A DNA stretch of 64,000 bases from assembly GCF_963921235.1 (NCBI RefSeq), contig NC_086109.1, positions 9,054,001-9,118,000 on the forward strand, given 5' to 3'. The position numbers and the translations under genes were made by a program. Position 1 is the stretch's first letter; every line of letters begins with the position of its first letter. Positions 36,405 to 49,765 of this stretch are shown here, piece by piece. The notes beneath the pieces are model-generated. The model saw nothing but the letters and a program-made list of their open reading frames with translations. It ran no database searches and was not told where the DNA came from. The stretch comes from Mobula hypostoma. Its lineage: Eukaryota.

Positions 36405-36866
36405 CATCTATCGATGCTTCTGGACACATCTTCAGTGATGTTCCTGGAATCATCGGGTGTTTCGGGTCTTTCAACATCATACAGCCTCCTCCAGGTGACC
36501 CAGCCGGGGCTGATCAGACCCCAGCTTGTGTCCAGATGGCTAGCTACTTATGACTCCATGGCTCCCCTCTTTTGAGCCACAGCCATCTTGAGGCCCTCTC
36601 TGCCGCATCGGTGGTACTGCGGATGGCTCTCCTCTTCCTCTCTCCCTCGATGCCCAAAATGCTGAAGGCTCTAACTAAGGAACGGGCTACGAATCCCCTA
36701 CAACCACCCTCCACTGGGAGACACCTCGCTCTCCGTCCAGCCTGCTGACAGTTGCTGACCAGTCCTGCGTACTTGGAGAGCTTCCTTTCAAAGGCCTCTT
36801 CCAAGCGATCTTCCCATGGGACTGTCGGCTCCAGCAGCACCACTTGCTTAGTAGACTCAAACACTA
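36405..36866 (-). mobile_element. 3' fragment of a HERO/R2-group non-LTR element (restriction-like endonuclease)
   Basis: KQVVLLEPTVPWEDRLEEAFERKLSKY..CLPVEGGCRGF matches the ELTVPWE..ERK..KY..PVEVGCRGF RLE pattern. Confidence 0.8.
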
Positions 36867-37395
36867 AATACAACCCTGAGATTCATCTTCTTGTGGACAT
36901 ACTCTCAATAAATTCATAACAGAATAATAACCATAACAGAATCAATGAAAGACCACACCAATGTGGGTGTTCAATCAGAGTGCAAAGGACACCAGACGCT
37001 GCAAATACAAAAAGAAATAATAATGATAAATAGATAAATAAATAAGCAATAAATATTGAGAACATGAGGTGAAGAGTCCTTGGATGTGAGTTCATTGGTT
37101 GTGGAACATATCAGTGATGGGGCAAGTGAAGTTGACAATGTGCCAAAAGCTCTGTTTTTCTGGTGGACGGAGCGTAGGTGCTGGGCAAAGTTGTCCCCCA
37201 ATCTACGTCAGGTCTCACCGATACACAGGAGGCCGCACCGGGAGTACTGGACACAATATATGACTCCAACAGACTCACAGCTGAAGTTAAAAACGCAAAC
37301 AGAAGGGAATCTGCAGAAGCTGGAATTTCAAGTTACACACATCAAAGTTGCTGGTGAACGCAGCAGGCCAGGCAGCATCTCTAGGAAGAGGTACA

Positions 37396-37429
37396 GTCAA
37401 CGTTTCGGGCCGAGACCCTTCGTCAGGAC
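37396..37429 (-). ncRNA. Minimal hammerhead ribozyme motif
   Basis: Minus strand GTC-CTGACGA-A-GGGT ctcg GCCC-GAAA-CG-TT|GAC. Confidence 0.65.
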
Positions 37430-39626
37430 GAACTGAAAGAAGAGCTACTAAGAGATTTGAATGGTGGTGAGGGAGGAGGTACAGGGGCAGGTGTAGCACT
37501 TGTTCTGCTTGCAAGGATAAACGCCAGGAGGGAGATCAGTGGGGAGGGACGAATCATGCTACTGGGATCATCTGCTGTATCTGGTCAACTGTACTCTTCT
37601 CCATAGATGCTGCCTGGCCTGCTGAGATCCTCCATTTTTTTTTTGTGTTGCTTGGAATTCCAGCATCGGCAGATTTTCTCTGGCAGGTAAATTTACAGAT
37701 TTACATAATTACAGTGGTACCACATCCCATTTAGCAGAAACTGTTTTGAATATTCAATACTGGTGTCTATTCAAACACTAGACACCCAAAACATACTTTT
37801 TGTTCCCGTGCGGAGTGATGCATGGTGAATATGCAAGTAACCAGAATGACACAAAACAGAGCCATCCTGCACTGTGCTTGAGTGGCAGGGATATACGTTC
37901 CCCTATTGTCTCCCCCCCCCCCCGCTGTGTTCCAATGGGACTGAGTCAGAATGTCTCACACCCAATAATTGGTTTCACTAGCCTCAAAGTATCAGTTGGA
38001 AGTTGGATTGTGTACAGATTTCATGTCCTGAAAACTGGTTCTCATTTTAGTTAATCCCTAAATATTGAGTCACAGAACTCTCCAGCATACAAACAGGCCC
38101 TTCAGCCCATCTAAGCCATGCCAACTCGTTAATCTGCCTGGTCCCATCGACCTGCACCTGGACCATTGCCCTCTGCACCCCTCCTATCCACGTACCTACC
38201 CAAATTTCTCCATCCACGTTGAAATCGAATTCTCATCTACCACTTGGACTGGCAGCTCATTCCGCATTCTCGACACCCTCTTGTGCCTATACATAATTTT
38301 AAAACATTAGACACAGGGGCAGAATTGGGACATTTGGCCCATCAAGTCTGTTCCACCATTCCATCATGACTGATTTATTATCCCTCTCCTGCCTTCTCCC
38401 TGTAAACTTTGACACACTCACTATCAAGAACCTATCAACCTCCACTTTAGATGTACCCAATGAGCCGTCTGTGGCAATGAATTCCACAGATTCACCACCC
38501 TCTGGGAAAAGAAGTTATCTCATCTCTGTTCTAAAGAGATATCCTTCTATTCTGAGCTGTGCCCTCTGGTCCTAGACTGGCCCACTATAGGAAATATGCT
38601 CTCCACGCCCGTTCTATCTTGACCTTTCAATATTTGGTAGGTTTCAGAAGAGACCCCCACCCCCCCAACTCCCATTCCAATAGAGTGCCATGAGTATAAG
38701 CCCAGAGCCATCATACGTTAAACTTTTCATTCCTGGGATCATTATCTCGCACATTCTCTGACTCTCCCCAAAGACCAGCTCCCAACACTCCAAGTGTGGT
38801 CTGACCAATACCTTTTAAAGCCTTTTGATAAAGTCAAATGAAATTGAACAGTCTTTCCCAGGTTACAAATACCCAATCTATAGATACCTTGTACATATGA
38901 TCGAGTATTTGTGAGATTGGTGGGATGGACAGGGATGGACTTCCCGGCTGCAGGGACCTACTGCTGGGTGAGAGCAGGACTTTTCTGCCTGCCTGCCCTT
39001 CCCCTGGCGATGCTGCAGCAAGGCATGGGTTAACGTGGAGTGCTGACACGACAATGCAGACACTGTACAGTCTCAAACCTCTGAAAGTCCAACTCTCCTT
39101 TGTACAGCCTTTCTGTTCAAGCCTGGGAACCAAGGTCATTTGGCATACCAAAATAGGGATGCAGACGAAGGAGGCTCGGGTGACGTTTAAAATTGTAAAC
39201 AAAAGAAATTCTGCAGATATTGGAATTCCAGAGCAAGATGCATAAAATGCTGGAGGAACTCAGCAGGTCAGGCAACACCTATGGAGAGGAATAAACAGCT
39301 GGCATTTCAGGCTGAAACCCATCAGCAGGGTCTTTACTATTGGACAGTTACTTTACTAAATCTGATGTATTATTGGCCTTTAAGATGTAGATTTAATAGG
39401 ATGTTAATAACACAGAACAGTAGTTCCTTCAGCCCACAATGTTGTGCTGAACTTTAACCTACTTTAAGATCAATCCAAGCCTTCCCTCCCACGTAGCCCT
39501 CCATTTTGCTGCCATCCTTGTGCCTATCTAAGAGTCTCTTTCTTTCTTTATTAATCTTTTTATTGTTTTAAAAAAACATAGATATAATCAAATACAATCA
39601 AGAGGAGAATTAGTTCAAATATATAT

Positions 39627-40482
39627 TGTTACGTACCCCGTAACTGGGTTGCCAAACCAGCAGAAATGGATCACTCAGTTGGAGTCTGGAGTACTAGAAC
39701 TAAGAAAGTTTTATTAAAGAAACAAGCAACACAGTAATTGAAAGGATAATAAATGCAACAGTTCAGTGATGATAAACACACATGTGCACAGAATTAAGAT
39801 AACAGCATCAATCAAGCTCTATCGTTGTCTAGGGGTAAATGATCAATTTCAAAATGACTCAAAGTTCAGTCCAGTTTGTAGTTCAGTTCGCAGTAATCGT
39901 TGTCATGGCGATGGACAAGGTGGGGAAGAGAGACATAGAATAGGAACAACTCATCATTCAGCACAGCTTCACTCACAGACCAGCGAGATGGCTCACAAAC
40001 AGCTTTTGGGCGGGTCCTTGGTGATGTCACCTGAGGTCACCGACTGTGACCCCTCCTCCAGATGCGGTCGATCCTCTGCAGTGAACCCGGCACCCAGGCA
40101 AGGGCGGACACACACCGGGTTCCCGCTGATCGTACCTTTCCACCCTGGTCGTTGTCTGGTACTTCTCACCCACTCGTGAGAAGCGTACCGCTTCCAGGGT
40201 CTCGTTACCTCGGGTGGCGTGTGTCTGTCTTAGCGAACCTGTCCCTTTTTATCCCCCTGCTGGGGTATCGCCTGTCCATCACTTCAAACAGTTCAGGGTT
40301 CAAAGGGGGGAGCCGCTCCAGACAGCTCTTCCTCCCACATCCCTTCATTACACATCTCCAGACGCTGCTCCATTGTTCCTTATCTCTCCTTCCCCTGAGG
40401 GCAGGTAGCAGACCAACTGCTGATGCCACTGATGCTAGCCCAGGCCAGCAAACATCTTAATTTTATGTGTATTCTCGTAACA
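39627..40482 (-). mobile_element. Solo LTR (856 bp), Gypsy-like
   Basis: Termini TGTTACG...CGTAACA, perfect 4-bp TSD ATAT (39623-39626, 40483-40486). Minus strand has TATA-like GGATAAAAAG near 40250 and AATAAA near 39712. Confidence 0.88.
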
Positions 40483-40784
40483 ATATCAGTAACCAAAATT
40501 AAAATAGACACTGTCAAAATCATAGATATTGTTAAACTAGTATAAAATATATAATAAAAAATTAGAAAATAACAATTCTCTTGCCAGTTAAAAGGAAAAA
40601 GGAAAAAAAATTGGGTTTTAAATAGAGAGGAACAAAAACCCATTACACTATAATAAAAAAAAACCAGAACAAACAAAACAAAAACGGGACTGTGCAGTCC
40701 ATTTTGAGGATACAACCAAAAAAAGACGAAAGAAAAACTTTCTGATCAAATCTAAAACCTTGAAAAAAAACTTGAAAGAGTACT

Positions 40785-41490
40785 GGTAACCCCTGTTTCC
40801 ATCCAGGGGGTCAGTGTGGACATGGTGGAGGATTACAAATACCTGGGGATACGAATTGACAATAAACTGGACTGGTCAAAGAACACTGAGGCTGTCTACA
40901 AGAAGGGTCAGAGCCGTCTCTATTTCTTGAAGAGACTGAGGTCCTTTAACATCTGCCGGACAATGCTGAGGATGTTCTACGAGTTTGTGGTGGCCAGTGC
41001 TATCATGTTTGCTGTTGTGTGCTGGGGCAACAGGCTGAGGGTAGCAGACACTAACAGAATCAACAAACTCATTCGTAAGGCCAGTGATGTTGTGGGGATG
41101 GAACTGGACTCTCTGACGGTGGTGTCTGAAAAGAGGATGCTGTTCAAGTTGCATGCCATCTTGGTCAATGTCTCCCATCCACTACATAATGTACTGGTTG
41201 GGCACAGGAGTACATTCAGCCAGAGACTCATTCCACCGAGATGCAACACAGAGCGTCATAGGAAGTCATTCCTGCCTGTGGCCATCAAACTTTACAACTC
41301 CTCCCTTGGAGGGTCAGACATCCTGAGCCAATAGGCTGGTCCTGGGCTTATTTCATAATTTACTGGCATAATTTACATATTACTATTTAACTATTTGTGG
41401 TTCTATTACTATTTATTATTTATGGAGCAATTGTAACAAAAAACCAATTTCCCCGGGGATTAATAAAGTATGACTCTGAATATGACTATA
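40785..41490 (+). mobile_element. Rex/Babar-type LINE 3' RT fragment
   Basis: ORF 40816-41334 (VEDYKYLGIRIDNKLDWSKNT..KKGQSRLYFLKRLRSF); tail AATAAAGTATGACT. Confidence 0.9.
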
Positions 41491-41895
41491 AATCAAATTA
41501 AATGAAAATATTGGATAAAAGGTCGCCATACTTGTTCAAATTTAAAGGATGTATCAAATGTCTGATTTCTTATTTTCTCTAAACTTAAACAGGACATGAT
41601 GGAGGGGAACCAATAAAAGACCATAGGTGGATTAGAAGAGTCTCTTAAATGTCTGTAATCGATCTGCCTCTCCCACCACCCCAGCAGTGGTTATCATTGG
41701 TACTTAAATTTGCAAATGATGAGATTCAGAAATGCATGAATTTTTTTGTTGGCTTAGAATCAATATAAAACTAGTCCATTCTGTGTAAAAGCTTTGCAAA
41801 TGATGGGATTCAGAAATGCATGAATTTTCTGTTGGCTCAGAACTAATATCCAGCTGGTCCATTCTGCATAAACACTTCGTTTGTCCAGACCTCAG

Positions 41896-42003
41896 ACCAG
41901 TTTGGCCACAGGGCCAGGCGGTTCTCCTTGTGCACTTGTAAAGGAAGCGTGTTTGAGAAACGAGAGTGAGATTTCAGAATGCAGTTGCTCGGCGACGACT
42001 CAG
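41896..42003 (+). CDS. Possible cassette exon (36 aa, TSLATG...SATTQ) with GC donor
   Basis: Unique sequence; acceptor TTCGTTTGTCCAGACCTCAG|, donor CAG|GCACGG; phase 0-0 fits the chain. Both sites are non-optimal. Confidence 0.3.
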
Positions 42004-44745
42004 GCACGGGTTGGGATTCCGCATCCTGTAGGTAGGGTGGTCGGGGGTTCCCTTACCGGGGTTGGAACATTGACACTGGCACCTGGGAGGGCAGGAATAC
42101 TGGCGATGACTCCGAGCTGCAACAGTCTCGGGCTGGGTGGAGCCCCGTGGAGCTGGGAGCGGTTAGAACATTAGAACATCAGGAAGTGGCGCGGGAGATC
42201 ATGTGGCCTGGTCCTCCATTCCGTATGATCCTGACTGATCTGGCCATGGACTCAGCTCTGTCTGCCTACCTTTCCCTCACAACCCTCCTTACCCCTGCTG
42301 TGCAAAAATCTATCGAACTGTGTCTTAGCTGCTAAGGCTTCGTAAGGCATTGGTCGGACCACACTTAGAGTTCTGTGAGCAGTTTGGGGCTCATATTTAA
42401 GAAAATATGGGCTGGCATTGGAGAGGGTCCAGAGAAAGTTGACGAGAATGATTCTGGGAATGAAATGGTTAGTATTTGAGGAGTGTTTCTAAAGGGGAGA
42501 AAATTCAGAAATCAAAGGTGCAGAGGGATTTGGGAGCCCTCATGCAGGATTCCCGAAATTGCAGGTTGAGTCGATGGTAAGGGGGAGGGCAAATATGTTA
42601 GCCTTCATTTCGAGAGGACTAAAATACTAAATCAAGGATGTAATACTGAGGCTTTATAAGGCTGAGAGGGTTGTGAGTAGTTTTGGGCCCCGTATGTACG
42701 TAAGGATGTGCTGGTATTGGAAAGGGTCCAGAGGAGATTCAGAAGAATGATCTTGGGAACAAAATGGTTAATGTATGAGGAACGACCAGTTCTGCACTGA
42801 CTGGAGTTTAGAAGAATGAGTGGAGATCTCATTGAAAAGTATTGAATATTGAAAGAGCGGATGTGAAGAAGATGTTTCCAATAGTGGGGCACCTCGGACC
42901 AGAGTGCACAGCCTCAGACACCCCTTTAGAACAGAGATGAGCATGAATTTCTCCAGGCAGAGAATGGTGAATCTGCAGAACTCAGTGTCACAGATGGTTG
43001 CGGAGGCCAGGTCATTGGATATATTTAAAGCAGAGATTAATCTGTACTTAATTAGTAAGGGTGTCAAAGGTTACGGGGAAAGTGGCGTTGAGAGGGAAAA
43101 TAATCAGCCATGATTGAATGGCAAGCATACTCGATTGGCTGATTGGCCTGTTTCTGTCTTAAGGTCTAACGGTATAAATATATTTAATGAGGTAGTCTCT
43201 GCCGCTGCTTTGGGCAGAGAATTCCACGATTCACCACTCTCTGGGAAAATCCGCTCCTCCGTATCTCCGTCCAAATCTATTCCCCCTGAATCGTGAACAG
43301 TGTCTCCTAGTTCTGATTTGACCCACCGGTGGAAACAAGTTAACTGCCTCTGTCTCATCTATCTTTTTTAAAATTTTGTGTATTCCTATACGATCCCCTC
43401 TCATTCTTCTAATCTAATGCGTGGATAAAATCCAGATCACGGAGACACTCCCCCCTAGCAACATCATCCGAGCTGGAGAAGTGTTATTTTAAAGTGCGGT
43501 CACTTTACGTAAGTGCCCCAGGAACGGATCCAAGGCCTGAAGCTTCAGAAAGTCACAGTAAGATTTAGCATCAAAATACGTATATGTCACTATATTGTAC
43601 CTTGGGATTTATTTCCTAGCAAGCATTTACAGGAAAATAAAGAAATACTGTAGAATTTACAAAAATCTATACATGAACATAGACTGACAACGAGTTGGCA
43701 GAAGAAAACGAATTGTGCAAATAAATAGATAATATTGAGAGTATGAGTTGTGGAGTCTTTGAATGTGAGTTTGTAGGTTGTAGAATCAGTTCAGTGTTGA
43801 AGTGAGTGAAGTTATCCACACTGGTTCAGGAGCCTGATTTCTGAAGGGTAATAACCGTTCCTGAACCTGGTGGTGTGGGACCTGAGGCTCCTGTACCTCC
43901 TGTCCAGTGGTTGTGGTGAGAAGAGAGCATGGCCTGGATGGCGAGGAAAGATCTTGAATGTTGTACTGTCTCACTTTAAGGACTCTTTCTCTTGTTATTT
44001 CATGCTTTTGTTATTTATTGCTATTGATTTATATTTACATTTGCATAGTTTATTGTTCATTGCTCCTGTTTACTGTTCTATAGATTTGATAAGTACGCAA
44101 CGCACACAGGAAAAAGAATCTCAGGGTTGTATGTGGTGGCATGTATGTACTGTGATAAATTTTACTTTGAACTTTGAATTTTGGACTTTGATTAATTAGC
44201 TGCAGATCATGACAGGTCTTGGTTAATTTTAGATCTGAGTTGCAGCTTGGTTAATCAGTACAGATCTGTACAGCAGATTCAAAATGTGCCAGACTACGGG
44301 GGGTTGTGGGGGGGTGGTCGCCGGGGCTCAGAATGTCAGAGGAGAGAGCTTCGGCCTGTCCTGTTAATTAGCCACCTCTTCGACCAGCATTTAGTAAGGT
44401 TAAATAGTGCATTTATACCTGCTCATCCGTGTATCACCCGACAGCTAAACATCCGCTCTCGGAGGTTGAAAATCCCCCATGGTTGCTTCTGTTGAATGTG
44501 GAGGCGACAGGTTGTCTCCAGAATGGTCTTTCTTGTCTAAGAATGCACGAAGAATGCTGGAGGAACTCCTCATCAGCTTAACTCTTCACCAGGTTGTCCC
44601 TTCATCAGGTTGTCTTTGTCTATGGAGGTGGTGTTGGGCAACTGTAGACTGAGTGACTGCCCAAAGACCACAAGGCAGCCCAGTAATCTTGAGTTCTCTT
44701 CTCCAATAAATGTAATTGATGCTGTTTATTTTCTTGTACTGACAG

Positions 44746-44801
44746 AAGGACCGTATAACCAAAGATCCAGTGAAGACCAGAGGAAATGATGGTCGTTGGA
44801 G
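44746..44801 (+). CDS. RASAL3: Internal coding exon (KDRITKDPVKTRGNDGRW), RASAL3-like gene
   Basis: Acceptor TTATTTTCTTGTACTGACAG|, donor GAG|GTTTGT; phase 0 to 2. Confidence 0.55.
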
Positions 44802-45197
44802 GTTTGTAAAGTTTACATGGGGAAGCTTATCATCTTAGGAGTCATGGAACACTACAGCACAGAAACAGGCTCTTCGGCCCATCTAGTTGATGCTGAACTA
44901 TTGCTCTGTCTAGTCTGGTCGACCCACACTTGGACCATAGTCCTCTATACCCCTCCCATCTTTTCCAGTCATTTATCCTTGAAGGTTGTCTGGTTCTGAG
45001 CCTGCTGTTGTGTTGAAAGCTCTCTGAATCCAGCCACTCGTGTTCCCCAGAAAAAGTTTCCTCTGTTTCTGTTGGTGATCTCCTTAAATCTGGGCTCCTT
45101 GTTCTCGCCCCTCATCCGTAAAGCCGCCATAATCTCAGACGCTGCCCCTCAGATCCCGGGGATGTCCCATTGACTGGCTTTCTCCTTGTTGTTTCAG

Positions 45198-45292
45198 TCG
45201 GGGTGCGGTGCACCCAGTCCGCTGTGACAGGCAGGGCTCTGCTCCCAGAGAGAAATCCAAACGACCTCCACACCATGTCCAAGAAAGCGCTG
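45198..45292 (+). CDS. RASAL3: Internal coding exon (SRGAVHPVRCDRQGSAPREKSKRPPHHVQESA)
   Basis: Acceptor CTTTCTCCTTGTTGTTTCAG|, donor CTG|GTAAGG; phase 2 to 1. Confidence 0.7.
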
Positions 45293-46985
45293 GTAAGGAA
45301 GGACTGTCCTTTTTGTTATAAACTGCAACACAATGACATTGTTTTGACATCTTTCTAACACAGACGACTCAACGTTAAGTTCAAGTTTAGAGTTTAATTT
45401 TCATTCAGCCATATGAATACAGCGTTTCTGGGGCCAAGGTGCAAAACACCATTACCAGCGGTCATACATAGCACGAGGCACATGGAGCACATATAAGATA
45501 GGAAGAACATATAAGATATCAGTAAAATACAGTCCACCGCTGGCACTGCAGTGGAGTGCGCTGACTCCAGTGCTCCTCTCCCGCAAACAGGCGGTAACCG
45601 CGGCTTGAGGTGTTGTCCTCACTACAACCGAAGCCGCACAGCTACCCGTCCCCCCCCACCATCTGCCGATAAGTCTGCCAATTGGACTTGCATCACTCCA
45701 CATTAGCAGTGTCCAAACACGGCCTCGTGATCACAACTAAGACGACCGCTCACTGTTGATCACGCACACCGCCTTTGTGTACTGACTGCTCCGATGCCTC
45801 TCTTAATGGTGGCAGGTAGAGTTCGGGTAGCAAGATTGTAGGTCTGAGCATTGTGTGCACTGATTCAGAATGAAGCTGAGACAGGACACGAACACCAGGT
45901 GACACAGTACTGGCCCTTCGTCCCACAGTGTTGTGTTGACCTTTTAACCTACAGGATCAATGTAACCCTTCCCCTCCCAACATCCCTCCGTTTCTCTGTC
46001 ATCTATGTCCTTATCTAAGAATCTCTTAAATGTCCCAAATGTATCTGCCTCCACACCACCCGAGCAGGGTGTTCCACGCACCCACCACTCTCTGTTTAAA
46101 AATACTCTGACACCCCGCACTCCCCCCATACTTCCCTCCAATCACCTTAAACTTTTCCTCCTGTTATTACCTATTTCTGCCCTGGGAGAAGGACTCTTGC
46201 CAGATCAATGTCTCTTTTCGTCTTATACACGATGAAGAGCAATTTCTTCTTTTGAAAGACTATACGACAATAGGAGCATAATTAGGCCATTTGGCCCATC
46301 ATGGCTCATATATTATCTCCCTCAACCCCATTCTCGGGTGAGTTTGATGTCTACAGCATCTGCGGCAATGAATTCCACAGATTTACCACACTCTGGCTAA
46401 GGAAATCCTCATCTTTGTTCTAAAAGGGTGTCCTTGTATTCTGAAGCTGTCCCCCCGGCCCACAACTCCTCCACTGCAGGAAACATCGTCTCCATTGTCA
46501 CTCCATCTAGGCCTATCAAAATCATAGAGTTACACAGTGCAGAAACAAGCTCTTCACTCTGTCTCAGTACCTATTACAATAATAAAGCAATTCTAATTGT
46601 AATCCTTACGCTCTTGTTCTGCTGTCCTCCGCCTCCTTTTCCTCTGTCTCATCTCTTTTCTTCTGCTCTGACCCCTTGTCCTGTCTCTCCTCTATTAGCC
46701 GCGGAGCCTCTCTGCCTTCGAGCTGCATCTCAGTTCCTCGATCTGGCTCACAACCTGCCCCCAAAACTTCCCTTTCAGCCCCCATCCTCCCTCTCCCCCT
46801 CCCCTACCCTCCTGCCCATCACCGCTCTTGCTCACTACTGCAGGCTGTTCAGGCTATCTGTGTCTCTCCCTTCTCGGTCGATTATTCCTGTATTGACAAA
46901 GCTCTGAATACTGGGGAAGCCTGCACAATATTTCAACCAGTGTCCTTAAGTAGGATGTGTGACTGATACAGACCATTGCTTCCAG

Positions 46986-47050
46986 ATGCTGACTTGGATC
47001 CAGACGAGACGGCTGAAGATTTGGTGTCGGTTTCACCCTTTCCACAGTTG
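46986..47050 (+). CDS. RASAL3: Internal coding exon (DADLDPDETAEDLVSVSPFPQL)
   Basis: Acceptor CCATTGCTTCCAG|, donor TTG|GTAAGC; phase 1 to 0 restores the frame. Confidence 0.7.
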
Positions 47051-47211
47051 GTAAGCAAATCTGTTCAGACTCGAGTTCAGATTTACTTATCACATTTGTG
47101 TTAACAACCAACACACTTGAGGATGTGCTGGGGGCAGGTGTTGCTATCACCAACGTGGTGTGTCCACAATGCCCAGTAGAACAACAACAGCAAAGCAAGC
47201 CCCTTTCCTAC

Positions 47212-47782
<571 letters not shown>

Positions 47783-49765
47783 CACCAACCCCAGGACTGG
47801 TTGCCTCTGGACCTCCAGTCCTTGTCCCCGGATTCTCAAACTCGCAGACATTGGGCTTCAACCTACCCGTCTGTGCCTCCAGACTCGCTGGCTTTGGTCA
47901 GATCCTTCGGGTTTCTACCTCTGAGCTCTGAACTTTGACCTATGGCTTTGACAGCCGGACTTTGCTGACCTCTTGTTATCAACTCCACTACCAGCCAACA
48001 CGTAGACCGTTGGAATACAGTCTAGGAAAGTGTATGGTTATGCACTTCAGTAGGACGAATAAAAGCATAGACCACCCTCTATGTGGCGTCGGTATTCAGA
48101 AATCAGGTGCAAAGGGACTTGGGAATCCTAATTCAGGATTTCCTTAACGTTACCTTACGGGTTGAGCTGGTAGGAAGGAAGGCAAATGCGATGTTAGCAT
48201 TTGTTTTGAGAGGACTAGAATATCAAAGCAAGGATGTAACGCTGAGGTTTTGTAAAGCTTTGGAATATTGTGAACAGCACTGGGCCTTGTACCTAAGGGA
48301 GTCTGTGCCCACCCTTGAGAGGGTCCAGCCGAGGTTCACAGGGATGCTCGCGGGAATTAAAATCTCAATGCACGAGGAGCATTTGTTGCCGCTGCCTGGA
48401 GAGCTGTGGGGACCAAGCCATTTAAGACAGAGATTGATAGATTGTTAATTGGCAAGGGGATGAGGGGTTACATGGGAGAATGGGGCTGAGATGCATTCAG
48501 CCATAACTGAATGTGGGAGCAGACCTGAAGGGCCACGTGGCCTGGTTCCGCTCCTGTGTCCTGTGGTCTTTGGTGTTACTCATCCGAGAGCTCCTGCAAA
48601 ACCCACATCTTCATCGTTTGTGAGCGTTCCTTGCTCGAGAATGGAAGTGGGTCCTTACGAAAGCCTCTTATGTTGTTGAGACATGGGTGAGGTTAAATCT
48701 GCAGTACTGTGTACAGTTCTGCCACCTGCCTAATGGAAAGATATCAATAAGCTTGAAAGAATACAGAGAAAATTTACAAGGATGTTGCCGGGATTTGAGG
48801 ATCTGAGTTCTAGGGAAAGGTTAAATAGGCTTGGACTTCATTCTCTGAAATGGAGGGCAATGTGGGGAGATTTGAATGAGGGGAGAATCAAGGGTGGTGA
48901 CAAATCAGCATAAAGGAGGGAGGTTGAAAACCTGGCTGAGTAGTGTCACAACAGCAACCTCTCATTCAATGTCCGCAAGTTCGAGGAGCTGATTATTGAC
49001 TTCAGGAGGAGGAAACCGCAGTTCCATGAGCCAGCCCTCATTTGGGGATCAGAGGCGGAGAGGATGAACAACTTCAAATTCCTCAGTGTTGTCACTTCAG
49101 AGGATCTGACCTGGGTCTGGCACGCAAGTGCCATTACAAAGAAAGCACAGCAGCGTTCCTACTTTCTTAGAAGTTTGTGAAGATTCGGCGTGACAACTTT
49201 GACAAACTTCCATGGTGTATGACGGAGTGTATATTGACTGGCTGCGTCACAGTCTCGTAGGAAAAGCTTACACAAAGTAGTGGAAAAAGCCCGGTCTATC
49301 ACGGGTAAAGTCCTCCCCACCAGTGAGCACGTCTACACAGAGTGTTGTTGCAGGAAAGCAGCATCCATCATCGGTAACCTCCACCACCCGGGACCGTGCT
49401 CTCTCCTCACTGCTACCGTGAGGAAGAAGGTACAGGAGCCTCAGGACTCACACCACCAGGTTCAGGAACAGTCATTACCCCTCAACATCAGGCTCCTGAA
49501 CCAGAGGGATAACTTCACTTACCCCATCGCTGGACTGTTCCCACAACCTATGGACTCACATTCAATGACTCTTCATCTCATGTCCTTAATATTTATAGTT
49601 ATTATTTCTCTTTCTGTGTGTCTGCACAGTTTGCTTTTTGTTTGCATATTTTCTGTTGTCTGTCCTTTTGGATGTGGAACTTCACTGATTCTGTTGTGTT
49701 TCTTTGTGCAAAGTGTGAATGCCTGCAAGAAGATGAATCTCAGGGTTGTATATGGTGACATATAC

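Larger units (their letters stand above)
39540..41637 (-). mobile_element. L1/Tx1-like LINE 3' end hosting two younger insertions
   Basis: About 41500-41637 on the minus strand translates NPPMVFYWFPSIMSCLSLEKIRNQTFDTSFKFEQVWRPFIQYF (fish-L1-type ORF2 C-terminus). The T-rich 3' UTR runs to CAATAAAAAG near 39555. Confidence 0.65.
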
